In this document: positions 32,822-40,908 of the stretch, one piece after another
How the letters are laid out: the number at the start of each line of letters is the position of its first letter
Position numbering within the stretch: the first letter of the stretch is position 1
Assembly (NCBI GenBank): GCA_016936695.1
Contig: JAFGXK010000248.1
Location: 1 to 40,908 of the forward strand
Direction of reading: 5' to 3'
Source: Bacteroidales bacterium
Lineage (GTDB): Bacteria; Bacteroidota; Bacteroidia; Bacteroidales; VadinHA17
Length of the DNA: 40,908 bases
Position numbers and translations under genes: made by a program
Notes under the pieces: generated by a model
What the model was told of the DNA's origin: nothing
Seen by the model: the letters and a program-made list of their open reading frames with translations, nothing else
Database searches by the model: none

Positions 32822-34845
32822 ATATCGGTTGCCCTCTTTACCTGTTCACGTTTAAGGACAAGACCTGTCCGCGAAGGCAGATACAGATACAGGAAGAAAG
32901 GCTGGTCGAGTGTCTGCCTTTGGGTTTTTCTTATCGAGGTATAGCTGACTGTCCTTCTTACTCTGTCAAATCCGCCGAATTCGGGATCATCAGTATCGAC
33001 GGTTATCCGGAATTTTCCTTTTAGGGGTATACCGTAATCGGTAAAGGAATTGTTCGGATGAAAGTTGAAAACCATAAGGAAATCACCCCTGGTGAAGGCG
33101 ATCACCTTGTCATGATTGTTTTCGTAGATCCTGTTCACTGACATGTCGTCGAGTATCCGGTGTTCCTTATGCAGTCTGACCATTGCATTGTCGAATTTCA
33201 TCAGGAACGAATACTTCAGGTCTTCATTAAGGGCAAGATCCCACTGGCGCCTGGCAAACTTGTAACTCCAGTTGTTGCCTTCGCGGGGAAAATCGATCCA
33301 TTCGGGGTGCCCGAATTCATTACCCATGAAGTTAAGGTAGCCTCCCCCAGAGGAGCAGAAAGTGATAAGCCTTATCATTTTATGAAGTGCTATTGCACGA
33401 TCGACGGTCAGACTGTGATGCGACTTCGACATCCCGGTGTACATTTCTGCGTCAATCATCCTGAATATGAGTGTTTTATCGCCAACAAGAGCCTGGTCGT
33501 GCGATTCACAGTATGATACGATCTTTTCTTCGGGCCTGTGCTGGCTGAGCTCGTGGATGAGCTGCCCCATGTCCCAGGCCTCGTCAGGAGTATCCTTTAC
33601 AAGCTTTATCCAGTAATCGGGAACTCCCATTGAGAGCCTGTAATCGAAGCCAAAACCTTTTCTTGAAAGAGGGGCAGCAATTCCCGGCATACCGCTCATC
33701 TCCTCAGCTACGGTGAGGGCCTCCGGCCTGAACTGGTGTATAGTAAGGTTGGCGAGATAGATGTAGATGAGGGCATCAATATCCTGGCCTCCATCGAAGT
33801 AATCTTCGTACCGGGTGAAGTTTTTCTCCAGGCCGTGATTGTAATAGATCATACTGGTGACTCCGTCGAACCTGAAACCGTCAAATTTATATTCCTCGAG
33901 CCAGTACCTGCAGTTGGAAAGAAGGAAATGCAGGACATGGTCTTTCCCGTAATCGAAGCAGAGCGAATCCCATGCAACATGGTTCCTCCTTATCCCTTCG
34001 TGAAAATAGAGCCCCGATGATCCGTCAAACAACCCAAGCCCTTCCACTACATTCTTTACCGAATGTGAATGGACCAGGTCCATTATAACCCTTATCCCAT
34101 ATTCATGGGCCCTGTCGATCAGATGCTTCAGATCCTCAGGAGTGCCGAAACGCGATGAGGCAGCAAAAAAGCTGGAAACATGATAGCCGAATGAGCCATA
34201 AAACGGATGTTCCTGAATAGCCATCAGCTGTATGGTGTTGTATCCCGATTTTGCGATTATCGGAAGCACGTTTTCCGCAAATTCACTGTAAGTTCCAACC
34301 TTCTCATGGGGAGTCGACATTCCGATATGGGCCTCATAGATCACCGGAGCAGTAGAATCAGGAATGAATTCCCTGACCTTCCACTCATACGCCTTTTCGG
34401 GACACCATACCTGGGCAGAAAATATCTTGGTTGTTTCGTCCTGAGCGAGCCTTGTTGCATATGAAGGTATACGCTCTCCCTGGCCCCCGCTCCAGTGAAC
34501 GGAAAGCTTATAAAAGTCACCATGATTCATAGCTTCGGGGGGCAGTTTTATCTCCCAGTCGCCGGACTGGCTGATCCTCTTCATCTTATATGCTGACCTT
34601 TCCTTCCATCCGTTAAATACACCTGTCAGAAAAATCTTTTCCGCATTCGGGGCGTATTCCCTGAAGACCCAACCTTCCTTGTCGCGGTGAAGCCCGTAAT
34701 AGAAATGCCCCATTGCAAACTCCATAAGCTTCCCGTCCCCGGCAAGCTCAGCTTCTTTCACCTGACACTTTTTTATCCGGCTATTGATAATTCCTCTGAA
34801 GGGCTCAAGCCAGGGATCAGACAAATAAAATTCTGCAGGATTCAT
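32818..34845 (-). CDS. glgB: 1,4-alpha-glucan branching enzyme (GH13, eukaryote-like subfamily)
   Basis: 675 aa with GH13 regions DLVHSH, GFRFDGVTSM, AEEMSGMP and YCESHDQ. The N-terminal CBM48-like region reads YKLSVHW. Its stop shares the CTAG tetranucleotide with the convergent fusion gene. Confidence 0.88.
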   Translation of the reverse strand: MNPAEFYLSDPWLEPFRGIINSRIKKCQVKEAELAGDGKLMEFAMGHFYYGLHRDKEGWVFREYAPNAEKIFLTGVFNGWKERSAYKMKRISQSGDWEIKLPPEAMNHGDFYKLSVHWSGGQGERIPSYATRLAQDETTKIFSAQVWCPEKAYEWKVREFIPDSTAPVIYEAHIGMSTPHEKVGTYSEFAENVLPIIAKSGYNTIQLMAIQEHPFYGSFGYHVSSFFAASSRFGTPEDLKHLIDRAHEYGIRVIMDLVHSHSVKNVVEGLGLFDGSSGLYFHEGIRRNHVAWDSLCFDYGKDHVLHFLLSNCRYWLEEYKFDGFRFDGVTSMIYYNHGLEKNFTRYEDYFDGGQDIDALIYIYLANLTIHQFRPEALTVAEEMSGMPGIAAPLSRKGFGFDYRLSMGVPDYWIKLVKDTPDEAWDMGQLIHELSQHRPEEKIVSYCESHDQALVGDKTLIFRMIDAEMYTGMSKSHHSLTVDRAIALHKMIRLITFCSSGGGYLNFMGNEFGHPEWIDFPREGNNWSYKFARRQWDLALNEDLKYSFLMKFDNAMVRLHKEHRILDDMSVNRIYENNHDKVIAFTRGDFLMVFNFHPNNSFTDYGIPLKGKFRITVDTDDPEFGGFDRVRRTVSYTSIRKTQRQTLDQPFFLYLYLPSRTGLVLKREQVKRATDI

Positions 34846-34922
34846 GATAATTTATTAAGGGATAGTCTCTATAAAAATACAAAATCTAAATCACTTAATT
34901 ACTCCGTTTTAAAAGGCTTTCT

Positions 34923-34930
34923 TATTTTTG
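34923..34930 (+). promoter_or_regulatory. Bacteroidota-type -7 promoter box (TATTTTTG) for ribF
   Basis: Exact TAnnTTTG match, 22 nt upstream of the ATG at 34952. It overlaps the TTG used by the ORF track, which argues for the ATG start. Confidence 0.45.
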
Positions 34931-34951
34931 CTGCGGTATAGCGAAAACACC

Positions 34952-35878
34952 ATGATAATTCATTTTGGCAATGACTACCCTTCGCTGAAAAATCCGTACG
35001 TAACGGTAGGGGTTTTTGACGGAGTTCACCTTGGACACAGGGCACTTCTCAATCAGTTGGTTCTGAAAGCAGGAAATGCAGGCAGGGAGTCGGTGGTCAT
35101 AACCTTTGAGCCTCATCCGAAACTTGTACTTCCCGGTAATAAAAGCAACCTGTCATTCCTGTCAACACCCGAAGAGAAAAAGGAACTCCTTGGGAAGTCG
35201 GGGATCGATCATCTTATCATTATGCCCTTTACAAGTGAACTTGCAGAAATGGGAGCAGGACAGTTCATCCGAGAAATCCTTGTACAGAAAATTGGCGCAG
35301 GATATCTCCTGGTTGGATATGACAACCATTTAGGGAAAGGAAGGGATGCTGATTTCAAAAGCATAAGAGAACATGCCCTGATATACGGCATGGAAACCGA
35401 ACAGGTCGAAGGCATTAAAAGCCCTGAAGGGTTTATAAGCTCAACCTCAATCCGAAATGCACTTCTGAGCGGAAATCTCGATGAGGCAAATGCCTGTCTG
35501 GGGTACTCCTATTCGCTTACGGGTGAAGTGGTGCCGGGGAAAAATTTGGGCCATCTGCTTGGGTTCCCTACAGCTAATATAATGGCTCCGAAAAACAAGC
35601 TTGTGCCTGCTGATGGAGTTTATGCAGTTGATACTATTATCGGAAACGATAAATATAATGGGATGCTCAGCATTGGTGTCAACCCGACCGTTAACAAAGA
35701 CCGGAAAATCAGATCGGTTGAGGTTAATATTTTCGGCTTCGACGGGTATCTTTACGGGCAGACAATCAAAGTAGTTTTCAGATACTGGTTGAGGGAAGAG
35801 AAAAATTTTGCAAACACCGGACAGCTTTCAGATCAGATGAAACTCGACAAGATTGAGGCACTGAGATTGCTTACCTGA
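34952..35878 (+). CDS. ribF: Bifunctional riboflavin kinase / FAD synthetase
   Basis: The FAD-synthetase motif is VTVGVFDGVHLGHRALL. The riboflavin-kinase part reads GKNLGHLLGFPTANI ... GVYAV ... GMLSIGVNPT ... VEVNIFGFDGYLYGQ. Confidence 0.92.
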   Translation: MIIHFGNDYPSLKNPYVTVGVFDGVHLGHRALLNQLVLKAGNAGRESVVITFEPHPKLVLPGNKSNLSFLSTPEEKKELLGKSGIDHLIIMPFTSELAEMGAGQFIREILVQKIGAGYLLVGYDNHLGKGRDADFKSIREHALIYGMETEQVEGIKSPEGFISSTSIRNALLSGNLDEANACLGYSYSLTGEVVPGKNLGHLLGFPTANIMAPKNKLVPADGVYAVDTIIGNDKYNGMLSIGVNPTVNKDRKIRSVEVNIFGFDGYLYGQTIKVVFRYWLREEKNFANTGQLSDQMKLDKIEALRLLT

Positions 35879-35900
35879 ACAACACCATTGATTTTATTGT

Positions 35901-35908
35901 TAACTTTG
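35901..35908 (+). promoter_or_regulatory. Bacteroidota-type -7 promoter box (TAACTTTG) for ahcY
   Basis: Exact TAnnTTTG match, 26 nt upstream of the ATG at 35934. Confidence 0.45.
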
Positions 35909-35933
35909 CGGATAATAATAATAAACTTACTAA

Positions 35934-37349
35934 ATGAACCAGATGGTTACTGTTGAAAATTACCGGGTTAAGGATATTTCCCTGGCTGCCTTCGGAAGAA
36001 CGGAAATCGAAATTGCTGAAAAGGAAATGCCGGGTCTGCTGGCAATAAGAAAGAAATATTCATCGCAGAAGCCATTGAAGGGAGCAAGAATAACCGGTTC
36101 ACTTCATATGACTATACAGACAGCCGTGCTGATTGAAACTCTTGTAGAGCTTGGAGCCGATGTCAGATGGGCCAGCTGTAACATATTCTCGACTCAGGAT
36201 CATGCTGCAGCTGTAATAGCTGAAAGAGGGATACCTGTTTTTGCATTCAAGGGCGAATCACTCGAAGAATACTGGCACTTTACGGCAAAGGCACTTTCAT
36301 TTCCCGGAGGAAAAGGACCCAACCTGATTGTTGATGACGGCGGCGACGCTTCACTTCTTGTCCACCTGGGATATAAAGCCGAGAATGATCCCGGAATTCT
36401 TGACGTAAAAGCCTCCAGCAGGGAGCAAGCCATACTCTTCGACACCCTAAAGGAGATTCAAAAGAAGGAACCGGGGAAATGGCACAGGGTTGTTACTGAG
36501 CTGAAGGGTATTTCAGAGGAAACCACTACCGGAGTCCACAGGCTGTATCAGATGATGGAGAAAGGTGAGTTGCTGGCACCAGCCATCAATGTTAATGATT
36601 CAGTAACAAAATCAAAATTCGATAATCTTTACGGGTGCCGTGAATCTCTGGCCGATGGCCTCAAACGGGCACTCGATGTTATGATAGCAGGTAAGGTTGT
36701 TGTTGTGTGTGGCTACGGTGATGTGGGGAAGGGGTCTGCCAAATCGATGAGGGCCTACGGAGCAAGGGTTATAGTAACCGAAATCGACCCGATATGCGCC
36801 CTTCAGGCCTCCATGGAGGGGTTCGAAGTCAAGACTGTTGAGGATGCTCTTGGAGAAGCCAATATTTTCGTCACGGCAACCGGCAGCAGGGACGTGCTTA
36901 CCCTCGAACATATGATGAAGATGAAGGATCAGGCTATTGTCTGCAATATAGGCCATTTTGACAATGAGATTCAGGTTGACAGGCTGAACGACATGACTGA
37001 TATCAGAAGGGTTAACATCAAACCTCAGGTTGACAAGTATGTGTTCCCCGACGGCCACTCAATCTTCCTTCTTGCAGAAGGCAGGCTGGTGAACCTTGGA
37101 TGCGCAACCGGACATCCATCATTCGTCATGAGCAACTCATTCAGCAACCAGACGCTGGCACAGATTGAGCTCTGGACAAAACCCTATGAGATTGACGTTT
37201 ACAGGCTTCCCAAGCATCTCGATGAAGAGGTGGCAAGGCTCCATCTCGATCAGCTTGGAGTTAAGTTGACAAAGTTGTCAGGGGAACAGGCCGACTATAT
37301 CGGAGTTGACCCGAACGGTCCTTTTAAACCCGACCATTACAGGTATTGA
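35934..37349 (+). CDS. ahcY: Adenosylhomocysteinase (S-adenosyl-L-homocysteine hydrolase)
   Basis: 471 aa. Motifs are [54 protein letters not shown], the NAD site [20 protein letters not shown], and the end PDHYRY. Confidence 0.97.
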   Translation: MNQMVTVENYRVKDISLAAFGRTEIEIAEKEMPGLLAIRKKYSSQKPLKGARITGSLHMTIQTAVLIETLVELGADVRWASCNIFSTQDHAAAVIAERGIPVFAFKGESLEEYWHFTAKALSFPGGKGPNLIVDDGGDASLLVHLGYKAENDPGILDVKASSREQAILFDTLKEIQKKEPGKWHRVVTELKGISEETTTGVHRLYQMMEKGELLAPAINVNDSVTKSKFDNLYGCRESLADGLKRALDVMIAGKVVVVCGYGDVGKGSAKSMRAYGARVIVTEIDPICALQASMEGFEVKTVEDALGEANIFVTATGSRDVLTLEHMMKMKDQAIVCNIGHFDNEIQVDRLNDMTDIRRVNIKPQVDKYVFPDGHSIFLLAEGRLVNLGCATGHPSFVMSNSFSNQTLAQIELWTKPYEIDVYRLPKHLDEEVARLHLDQLGVKLTKLSGEQADYIGVDPNGPFKPDHYRY

Positions 37350-37374
37350 TCTGACCGGCAATAACACTGTTGTT

Positions 37375-37860
37375 TCACTTCTTTCGCCCGTTCCAGACCT
37401 CTATATACCGGTTTTGATCAAAACTGGTGGCATAATTCTTTAAAGGGTATTTGCCAGGACCTGATATAGGGGTCCCGTATGCTGAAAGGGCATACCTGGT
37501 TCCGCATTCCGGACATTCAGCAATGGAGGCCATGTCGGTCTTTATCTTCACGCTGAGACCGTTGACCGCAAAATCGTGGGGACAGGTCCTGTCATAGGCA
37601 TTGTAATCATCAGGACCGCTGTAAATAATTATTCCGTTATCGTCATAACCCGCTGACCTGAATCCCCAGTTGTTTGTTGAAGAGTCAACCGTATCTGAAA
37701 CCCCGATCACCAGAAGACTTGAAAACTGCGGATCCATAAGGTCTATTGTGAAATCGACGTAAACATCAGGTATAACATCATCATTCTCCCTGCTGCATGA
37801 ACCAGCCGCCAACATTGTTAACAGTAACTGGAAAAAAAGTGTCTTCTTAAGATATGCCAT
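37375..37860 (-). CDS. Lipoprotein with a Rieske-fold-like C-terminal domain (CxH...CxxC variant), function unknown
   Basis: The ATG at 37860 gives MAYLKKTLFFQLLLTMLAAGSCS, a lipobox. A -7 box at 37891-37898 lies inside the longer ORF-track version. The C-terminal pattern CPHDFAVNG-x15-CPECGTRYAL..G.PISGPG..PLKNY resembles a Rieske domain in which the second His is replaced by Cys. Confidence 0.6.
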   Translation of the reverse strand: MAYLKKTLFFQLLLTMLAAGSCSRENDDVIPDVYVDFTIDLMDPQFSSLLVIGVSDTVDSSTNNWGFRSAGYDDNGIIIYSGPDDYNAYDRTCPHDFAVNGLSVKIKTDMASIAECPECGTRYALSAYGTPISGPGKYPLKNYATSFDQNRYIEVWNGRKK

Positions 37861-37890
37861 AATTAATTTCTGCGTTATTAAATAACGGCA

Positions 37891-37898
37891 CAAAATTA
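37891..37898 (-). promoter_or_regulatory. Bacteroidota-type -7 promoter box (TAATTTTG on the minus strand) for the Rieske-like lipoprotein gene
   Basis: Exact TAnnTTTG match, 31 nt upstream of the ATG at 37860. Confidence 0.45.
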
Positions 37899-37955
37899 GC
37901 ATTAGAGTTGTTAATTGAGCAAATTTGAAAGGTAATTACAAATAATCAGCAGGAA

Positions 37956-38342
37956 ATGAATTTTTTGTCATTCAGAAGACTGTTGTCTCTTTTTCTGATA
38001 ATGTTTTGCACCATTTCAATATGCGAAGCTCAGAGATCCAAGCGGAGTATCCGGAATCCCGAAAGGGAACTCTTTGGCAAGAGCCTTAATACCAAAAGAG
38101 TAAAATACAGAGAATCCCCAAGCGTGGTGAGGGCTAAAAAAAAGCAGGCAGCCAACCAGGAGAAACTGAAGAAGGATTACGCCGAATATGTGAAGAACGA
38201 AAGGAAAAGGGCAGTGGAGATACAGTCGCCCGAAGTCCGTGAGCGGATGACTGCCAACCGCAAGGAGGCTGACCTTAAATACAAGGAGAAAAAGAAGAAA
38301 AGGACTGCTGATACCAAAAAAGCCCGCAGAAAATTCAGGTAG
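37956..38342 (+). CDS. Small secreted, extremely Lys/Arg-rich protein, function unknown
   Basis: 128 aa with a signal peptide (MNFLSFRRLLSLFLIMFCTISICEA). The remainder is highly basic and predicted helical (KKKQAANQEKLKKDYAEYVKNERKR ... KYKEKKKKRTADTKKARRKFR). I recognise no family. Confidence 0.5.
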   Translation: MNFLSFRRLLSLFLIMFCTISICEAQRSKRSIRNPERELFGKSLNTKRVKYRESPSVVRAKKKQAANQEKLKKDYAEYVKNERKRAVEIQSPEVRERMTANRKEADLKYKEKKKKRTADTKKARRKFR

Positions 38343-38357
38343 AAGAATAATTCAGGT

Positions 38358-38490
38358 GCTTGTTGCTTGTTGCTGCGATGCGCGGTAAGGGGTATGCGGT
38401 GCGCGGTAAGAGGTGCTGGCGCCTCACACCTCACGCCTCACGCCTTGACTTCCTGCCAACTGCCTGCTCCTAACTGCCAACTTCCTGTTT
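38358..38490. repeat. Patchwork of short 7-nt and 21-nt periodic direct repeats in the 3' flank of the basic-protein gene
   Basis: GCTTGTT occurs twice (38358-38371). TGCGCGGTAAG[G/A]GGT occurs at 38379 and 38400 (period 21). CCTCAC[A/G] occurs three times (38422-38442). CTGCCAAC occurs at 38453 and 38474 (period 21). A T8 run follows at about 38498. Confidence 0.7.
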
Positions 38491-38526
38491 TAACCTGTTT
38501 TTTTTGGTAATTTGCCAAATGTTTAG

Positions 38527-38534
38527 TATATTTG
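38527..38534 (+). promoter_or_regulatory. Bacteroidota-type -7 promoter box (TATATTTG) for greA
   Basis: Exact TAnnTTTG match, 62 nt upstream of the ATG at 38596. Confidence 0.4.
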
Positions 38535-38595
38535 TTACTGAAGAGTTCCGGGATTCCCGGGATTCTTCTTGTTTTTTAACTGCAAGAGAAATATA

Positions 38596-39066
38596 ATGTC
38601 AGATAATGTTTACATAACGGAAGATGGTCTTCAAAAACTCAGGGAGGAGATTGATGAACTCAGGCTTGTTGAGAGGCCGAAAATCTCCAGAATGATTGCG
38701 GAAGCCAGGGACAAGGGCGACCTTTCAGAGAATGCCGAATATGCTGCTGCAAAGGAAGCTCAGGGTATGCTTGAAATGAAAATCTCAAGACTGGAGGATA
38801 TTCTCTCCCGCTCAAGGGTTCTCGATGAATCTAAAATCGATACCTCAACGGTAAGAATACTCAACAAGGTTAAGATCAAGAATAAATCGAACAATTATGT
38901 GATGGAGTACCAGATAGTGCCCGAAAGCGAGGCCAATGTGAAACTGGGTAAAATTGCCGTCAATTCTCCCATTGCAATGGGACTGATCGGTAAAAAGGTT
39001 GGCGACACTGTCAACATAAAAGTACCTTCGGGGCTTATGACCTTCGAAATACTCTTCATATCATAA
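38596..39066 (+). CDS. greA: Transcription elongation factor GreA
   Basis: The ATG at 38596 gives MSDNVYITEDGLQKLREEIDEL... The sequence includes ARDKGDLSENAEYAAAKEAQ and the C-terminal domain INSPIAMGLIGKKVGD. The ORF-track start at 38569 is a TTG. Confidence 0.95.
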   Translation: MSDNVYITEDGLQKLREEIDELRLVERPKISRMIAEARDKGDLSENAEYAAAKEAQGMLEMKISRLEDILSRSRVLDESKIDTSTVRILNKVKIKNKSNNYVMEYQIVPESEANVKLGKIAVNSPIAMGLIGKKVGDTVNIKVPSGLMTFEILFIS

Positions 39067-39081
39067 TAATTTACTGGTGCT

Positions 39082-39480
39082 ATGGCAACTATATTCACTA
39101 AAATCATCAGGGGTGAAATACCCTGCTACAAGGTAGCCGAGAGTGAAAAATACTTCGCTTTTCTCGATATAAACCCGCTGACAGCCGGTCATACTTTGGT
39201 GGTACCTAAAAAGGAAACAGACTATATTTTCGACCTCGGCGATGATGATTATTCAGGACTAATGCTTTTTGCAAAAAAGATTGCTCTCGGCATCGAAAAG
39301 GCAATCCCCTGCGCCAGGATTGGTGTGGCCGTAGTTGGCCTTGAAGTGCCCCATACCCATATCCACCTGGTGCCCATAAATGCAATCTCGGACCTGAATT
39401 TCGCAAATCCCAAAATGAAGATGACGCATGATGAGTTTGAAAAAATTGCCTTAAGGATAAGTGAAAAAATAATCCTCTGA
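39082..39480 (+). CDS. HIT-family (histidine triad) nucleotide hydrolase/transferase
   Basis: 132 aa. The sequence reads IFTKIIRGEIPCYKVAESEKYFAFLDINPLTAGHTLVVPK, and the triad is HTHIHLVP. Confidence 0.92.
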   Translation: MATIFTKIIRGEIPCYKVAESEKYFAFLDINPLTAGHTLVVPKKETDYIFDLGDDDYSGLMLFAKKIALGIEKAIPCARIGVAVVGLEVPHTHIHLVPINAISDLNFANPKMKMTHDEFEKIALRISEKIIL

Positions 39481-39548
39481 TTTTTCACACACTGCTTTTT
39501 CCCTTTCTTTTCATTTTATAACTTTACAGGTACAATTCTGCCCGCTGC

Positions 39549-40250
39549 ATGAATTACCTGTACGATCTGTGGGATGACGTCATAAGTCTTCTTCTTCCCA
39601 GGCTTTGCCATGGTTGTGGCAATCAGCTCCTGAGAAATGAGAAGGTAATATGCACTGAATGTTATGTGCTTATGCCCAGGACTAACTTTCATCTGATCCC
39701 TGATAATCCGGTTGAAAAACTCTTCTGGGGCAGATGCCTGGTAGAGAGGGCCGCGGCATTTTCGTATTATACCCACGACAGCAGAATCAGGAGATTGATA
39801 CATCATCTGAAGTATAAGGGCGCTGCTGAAATTGGAACCGAACTCGGGAGGATTTATGGAAATTCACTGAAGGACTCAGACTTTCTCAATGGAATAGATT
39901 TGATAATACCGGTTCCTCTTCACCCGTCCAAAAAACGACAAAGAGGGTATAACCAGAGTGATCTCATTTCAATTGGCATCTCTGTTGCTGCGGGAATACC
40001 AGTTGACACGGAGATATTAAAAAGAATGACGTTTACCGGCACTCAGACGAGGAAATCGAGATACGACAGATGGACTAATGTGAATGACATTTTCCGGGTT
40101 ACTGATCGCCAGAGGCTCGAGGGGAAGCACGTCCTTATAGTGGATGATGTAATAACTACGGGATCGACCATTGAGGCTTGTGCCGATGCTTTACTTAAAG
40201 AAGGGAATACAAAGGTCAGCGTCGCTGCGCTTGCCTTTTCAGCAATCTGA
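39549..40250 (+). CDS. ComF-family protein (phosphoribosyltransferase-like)
   Basis: 233 aa. An N-terminal 4-Cys zinc motif (CHGCG ... CTEC) is followed by a C-terminal PRTase motif (VLIVDDVITTGSTIEA). Confidence 0.85.
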   Translation: MNYLYDLWDDVISLLLPRLCHGCGNQLLRNEKVICTECYVLMPRTNFHLIPDNPVEKLFWGRCLVERAAAFSYYTHDSRIRRLIHHLKYKGAAEIGTELGRIYGNSLKDSDFLNGIDLIIPVPLHPSKKRQRGYNQSDLISIGISVAAGIPVDTEILKRMTFTGTQTRKSRYDRWTNVNDIFRVTDRQRLEGKHVLIVDDVITTGSTIEACADALLKEGNTKVSVAALAFSAI

Positions 40251-40254
40251 CTGC

Positions 40255-40821
40255 CTATTGCTTTTTAATCCTGCGTGGGTTCTTGCTGATGAAGTCTTTC
40301 CAGCTGTTGAAGCTCTTGTCCTGAACCGGATTATTGGTCTGATAAAAGTGACATAATGCTGCAGCCAGTCCGTCGGTGGCATCAAGCCTTACTTCTATCC
40401 TGTCGAACTTAAGAATCTTCATTAGCATGGCTGCAACCTGTTCCTTTGATGCCGAGCCTCTCCCGGTTATCGACATCTTGATTTTCCTGGGAGCATATTC
40501 AGATACGGGAACGGAGCGGCTCAGCGCTGCCGCAATTGCTGCCCCCTGAGCCCTGCCGAGCTTCAGCATCGACTGGACATTCTTGCCGTAAAAGGGGGCT
40601 TCTATTGCCAGCTCGTCGGGGTGGTATTCCTCGATGATGCCAATGGTGCGCTCGAAAATATGCTTGATTTTCAGGAAGTGATCGTCAAATTTCGACAGGT
40701 CGATCGAACCTATGGTAACAAGCTCGGGATCCCTGCCCGATATTCTTATTATTCCATATCCGGTTATGCTTGTTCCGGGGTCAATCCCCAGTATGATCCT
40801 TTCACTTTTGATCTTTTTCAA
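40255..40821 (-). CDS. ruvC: Crossover junction endodeoxyribonuclease RuvC
   Basis: 188 aa. Motifs are RIILGIDPGTSITGYGII, LAIEAPFYGKNVQSMLKLGRAQG and ATDGLAAALCH. There is no in-frame ATG near the conserved N-terminus, so the start is probably the TTG at 40821. Confidence 0.9.
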   Translation of the reverse strand: MKKIKSERIILGIDPGTSITGYGIIRISGRDPELVTIGSIDLSKFDDHFLKIKHIFERTIGIIEEYHPDELAIEAPFYGKNVQSMLKLGRAQGAAIAAALSRSVPVSEYAPRKIKMSITGRGSASKEQVAAMLMKILKFDRIEVRLDATDGLAAALCHFYQTNNPVQDKSFNSWKDFISKNPRRIKKQ

Positions 40822-40889
40822 TCAGTTCCGTTGTTTTGCATTATTAAGGCATAGTTCCCTGCATCCATATTTGTACTTCGCCTGAAGTG

Positions 40890-40897
40890 CAAAGATA
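40890..40897 (-). promoter_or_regulatory. Bacteroidota-type -7 promoter box (TATCTTTG on the minus strand) for ruvC
   Basis: Exact TAnnTTTG match, 69 nt upstream of the ruvC start. Confidence 0.35.
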
Positions 40898-40908
40898 GCT
40901 GATTAAGC

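Noticed and set aside
35879-35933. Possible SAH riboswitch upstream of ahcY
   Set aside because: The intergenic spacer is only 55 bp and is already occupied by a -7 promoter box 26 nt from the ATG. I saw no room or pairing for an SAH-element pseudoknot, and that riboswitch class is mainly proteobacterial.
38177-38434. 85-aa minus-strand ORF (MRCEAPAPLTAHRIPLTAHR...) spanning the repeat patch and the 3' end of the basic-protein gene
   Set aside because: Its N-terminal half is a translation of the 21-nt direct repeats and the rest is antisense to the Lys-rich ORF. It is most likely a repeat-derived artefact.
1-40908. Mobile genetic element, defence island or prophage content
   Set aside because: I recognised no integrase, transposase, recombinase, restriction-modification, toxin-antitoxin, Cas, phage structural genes or flanking tRNA in any frame. 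Gene content is metabolic, envelope-related and housekeeping throughout.

Overview
Contiguous chromosomal DNA, most likely from an anaerobic member of Bacteroidota. The assignment rests on nine exact TAnnTTTG -7 boxes placed 20-70 nt upstream of start codons, lipoprotein-rich TlpA/DUF4369-type genes, a eukaryote-like glycogen gene set, hcp and a glycyl-radical enzyme. I found no tRNA or rRNA genes, CRISPR arrays, transposases, integrases or phage genes. Coding density is very high: 32 CDS in alternating strand blocks. Layout: (i) 50-9377 is a co-oriented block of a PadR regulator, two unusual multi-hairpin membrane proteins, a TolC/MacA/MacB-type ABC efflux set and an overlapping LytS/LytTR two-component pair. 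(ii) GH97 hydrolase and hcp, which has a perfect CRP/FNR-type palindrome upstream. (iii) comM/yifB. (iv) A glycyl-radical enzyme, its activase and a ROK sugar kinase in one operon. (v) An internally duplicated SiaB-like GHKL protein. (vi) lpxH plus two TlpA-like lipoproteins. (vii) A glycogen locus with GDE, GT4, GH57, a 1407-aa GT3 synthase-GT35 phosphorylase fusion and GH13 glgB. (viii) Housekeeping genes ribF, ahcY, greA, HIT, comF and ruvC. The best candidate for an undescribed system is 393-2782. There, two adjacent genes together encode five GldL-like TM hairpins (3+2, exact 180-bp periodicity) and two GldM-like anchor helices (1+1). This mirrors the 5:2 architecture of GldLM/MotAB-type motors, and the first gene is translationally coupled to padR. 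All functional calls come from motif recognition by eye, since no searches could be run. Several ORF-track starts use TTG, and I have moved them to internal ATGs where conserved N-termini and promoter boxes support it.
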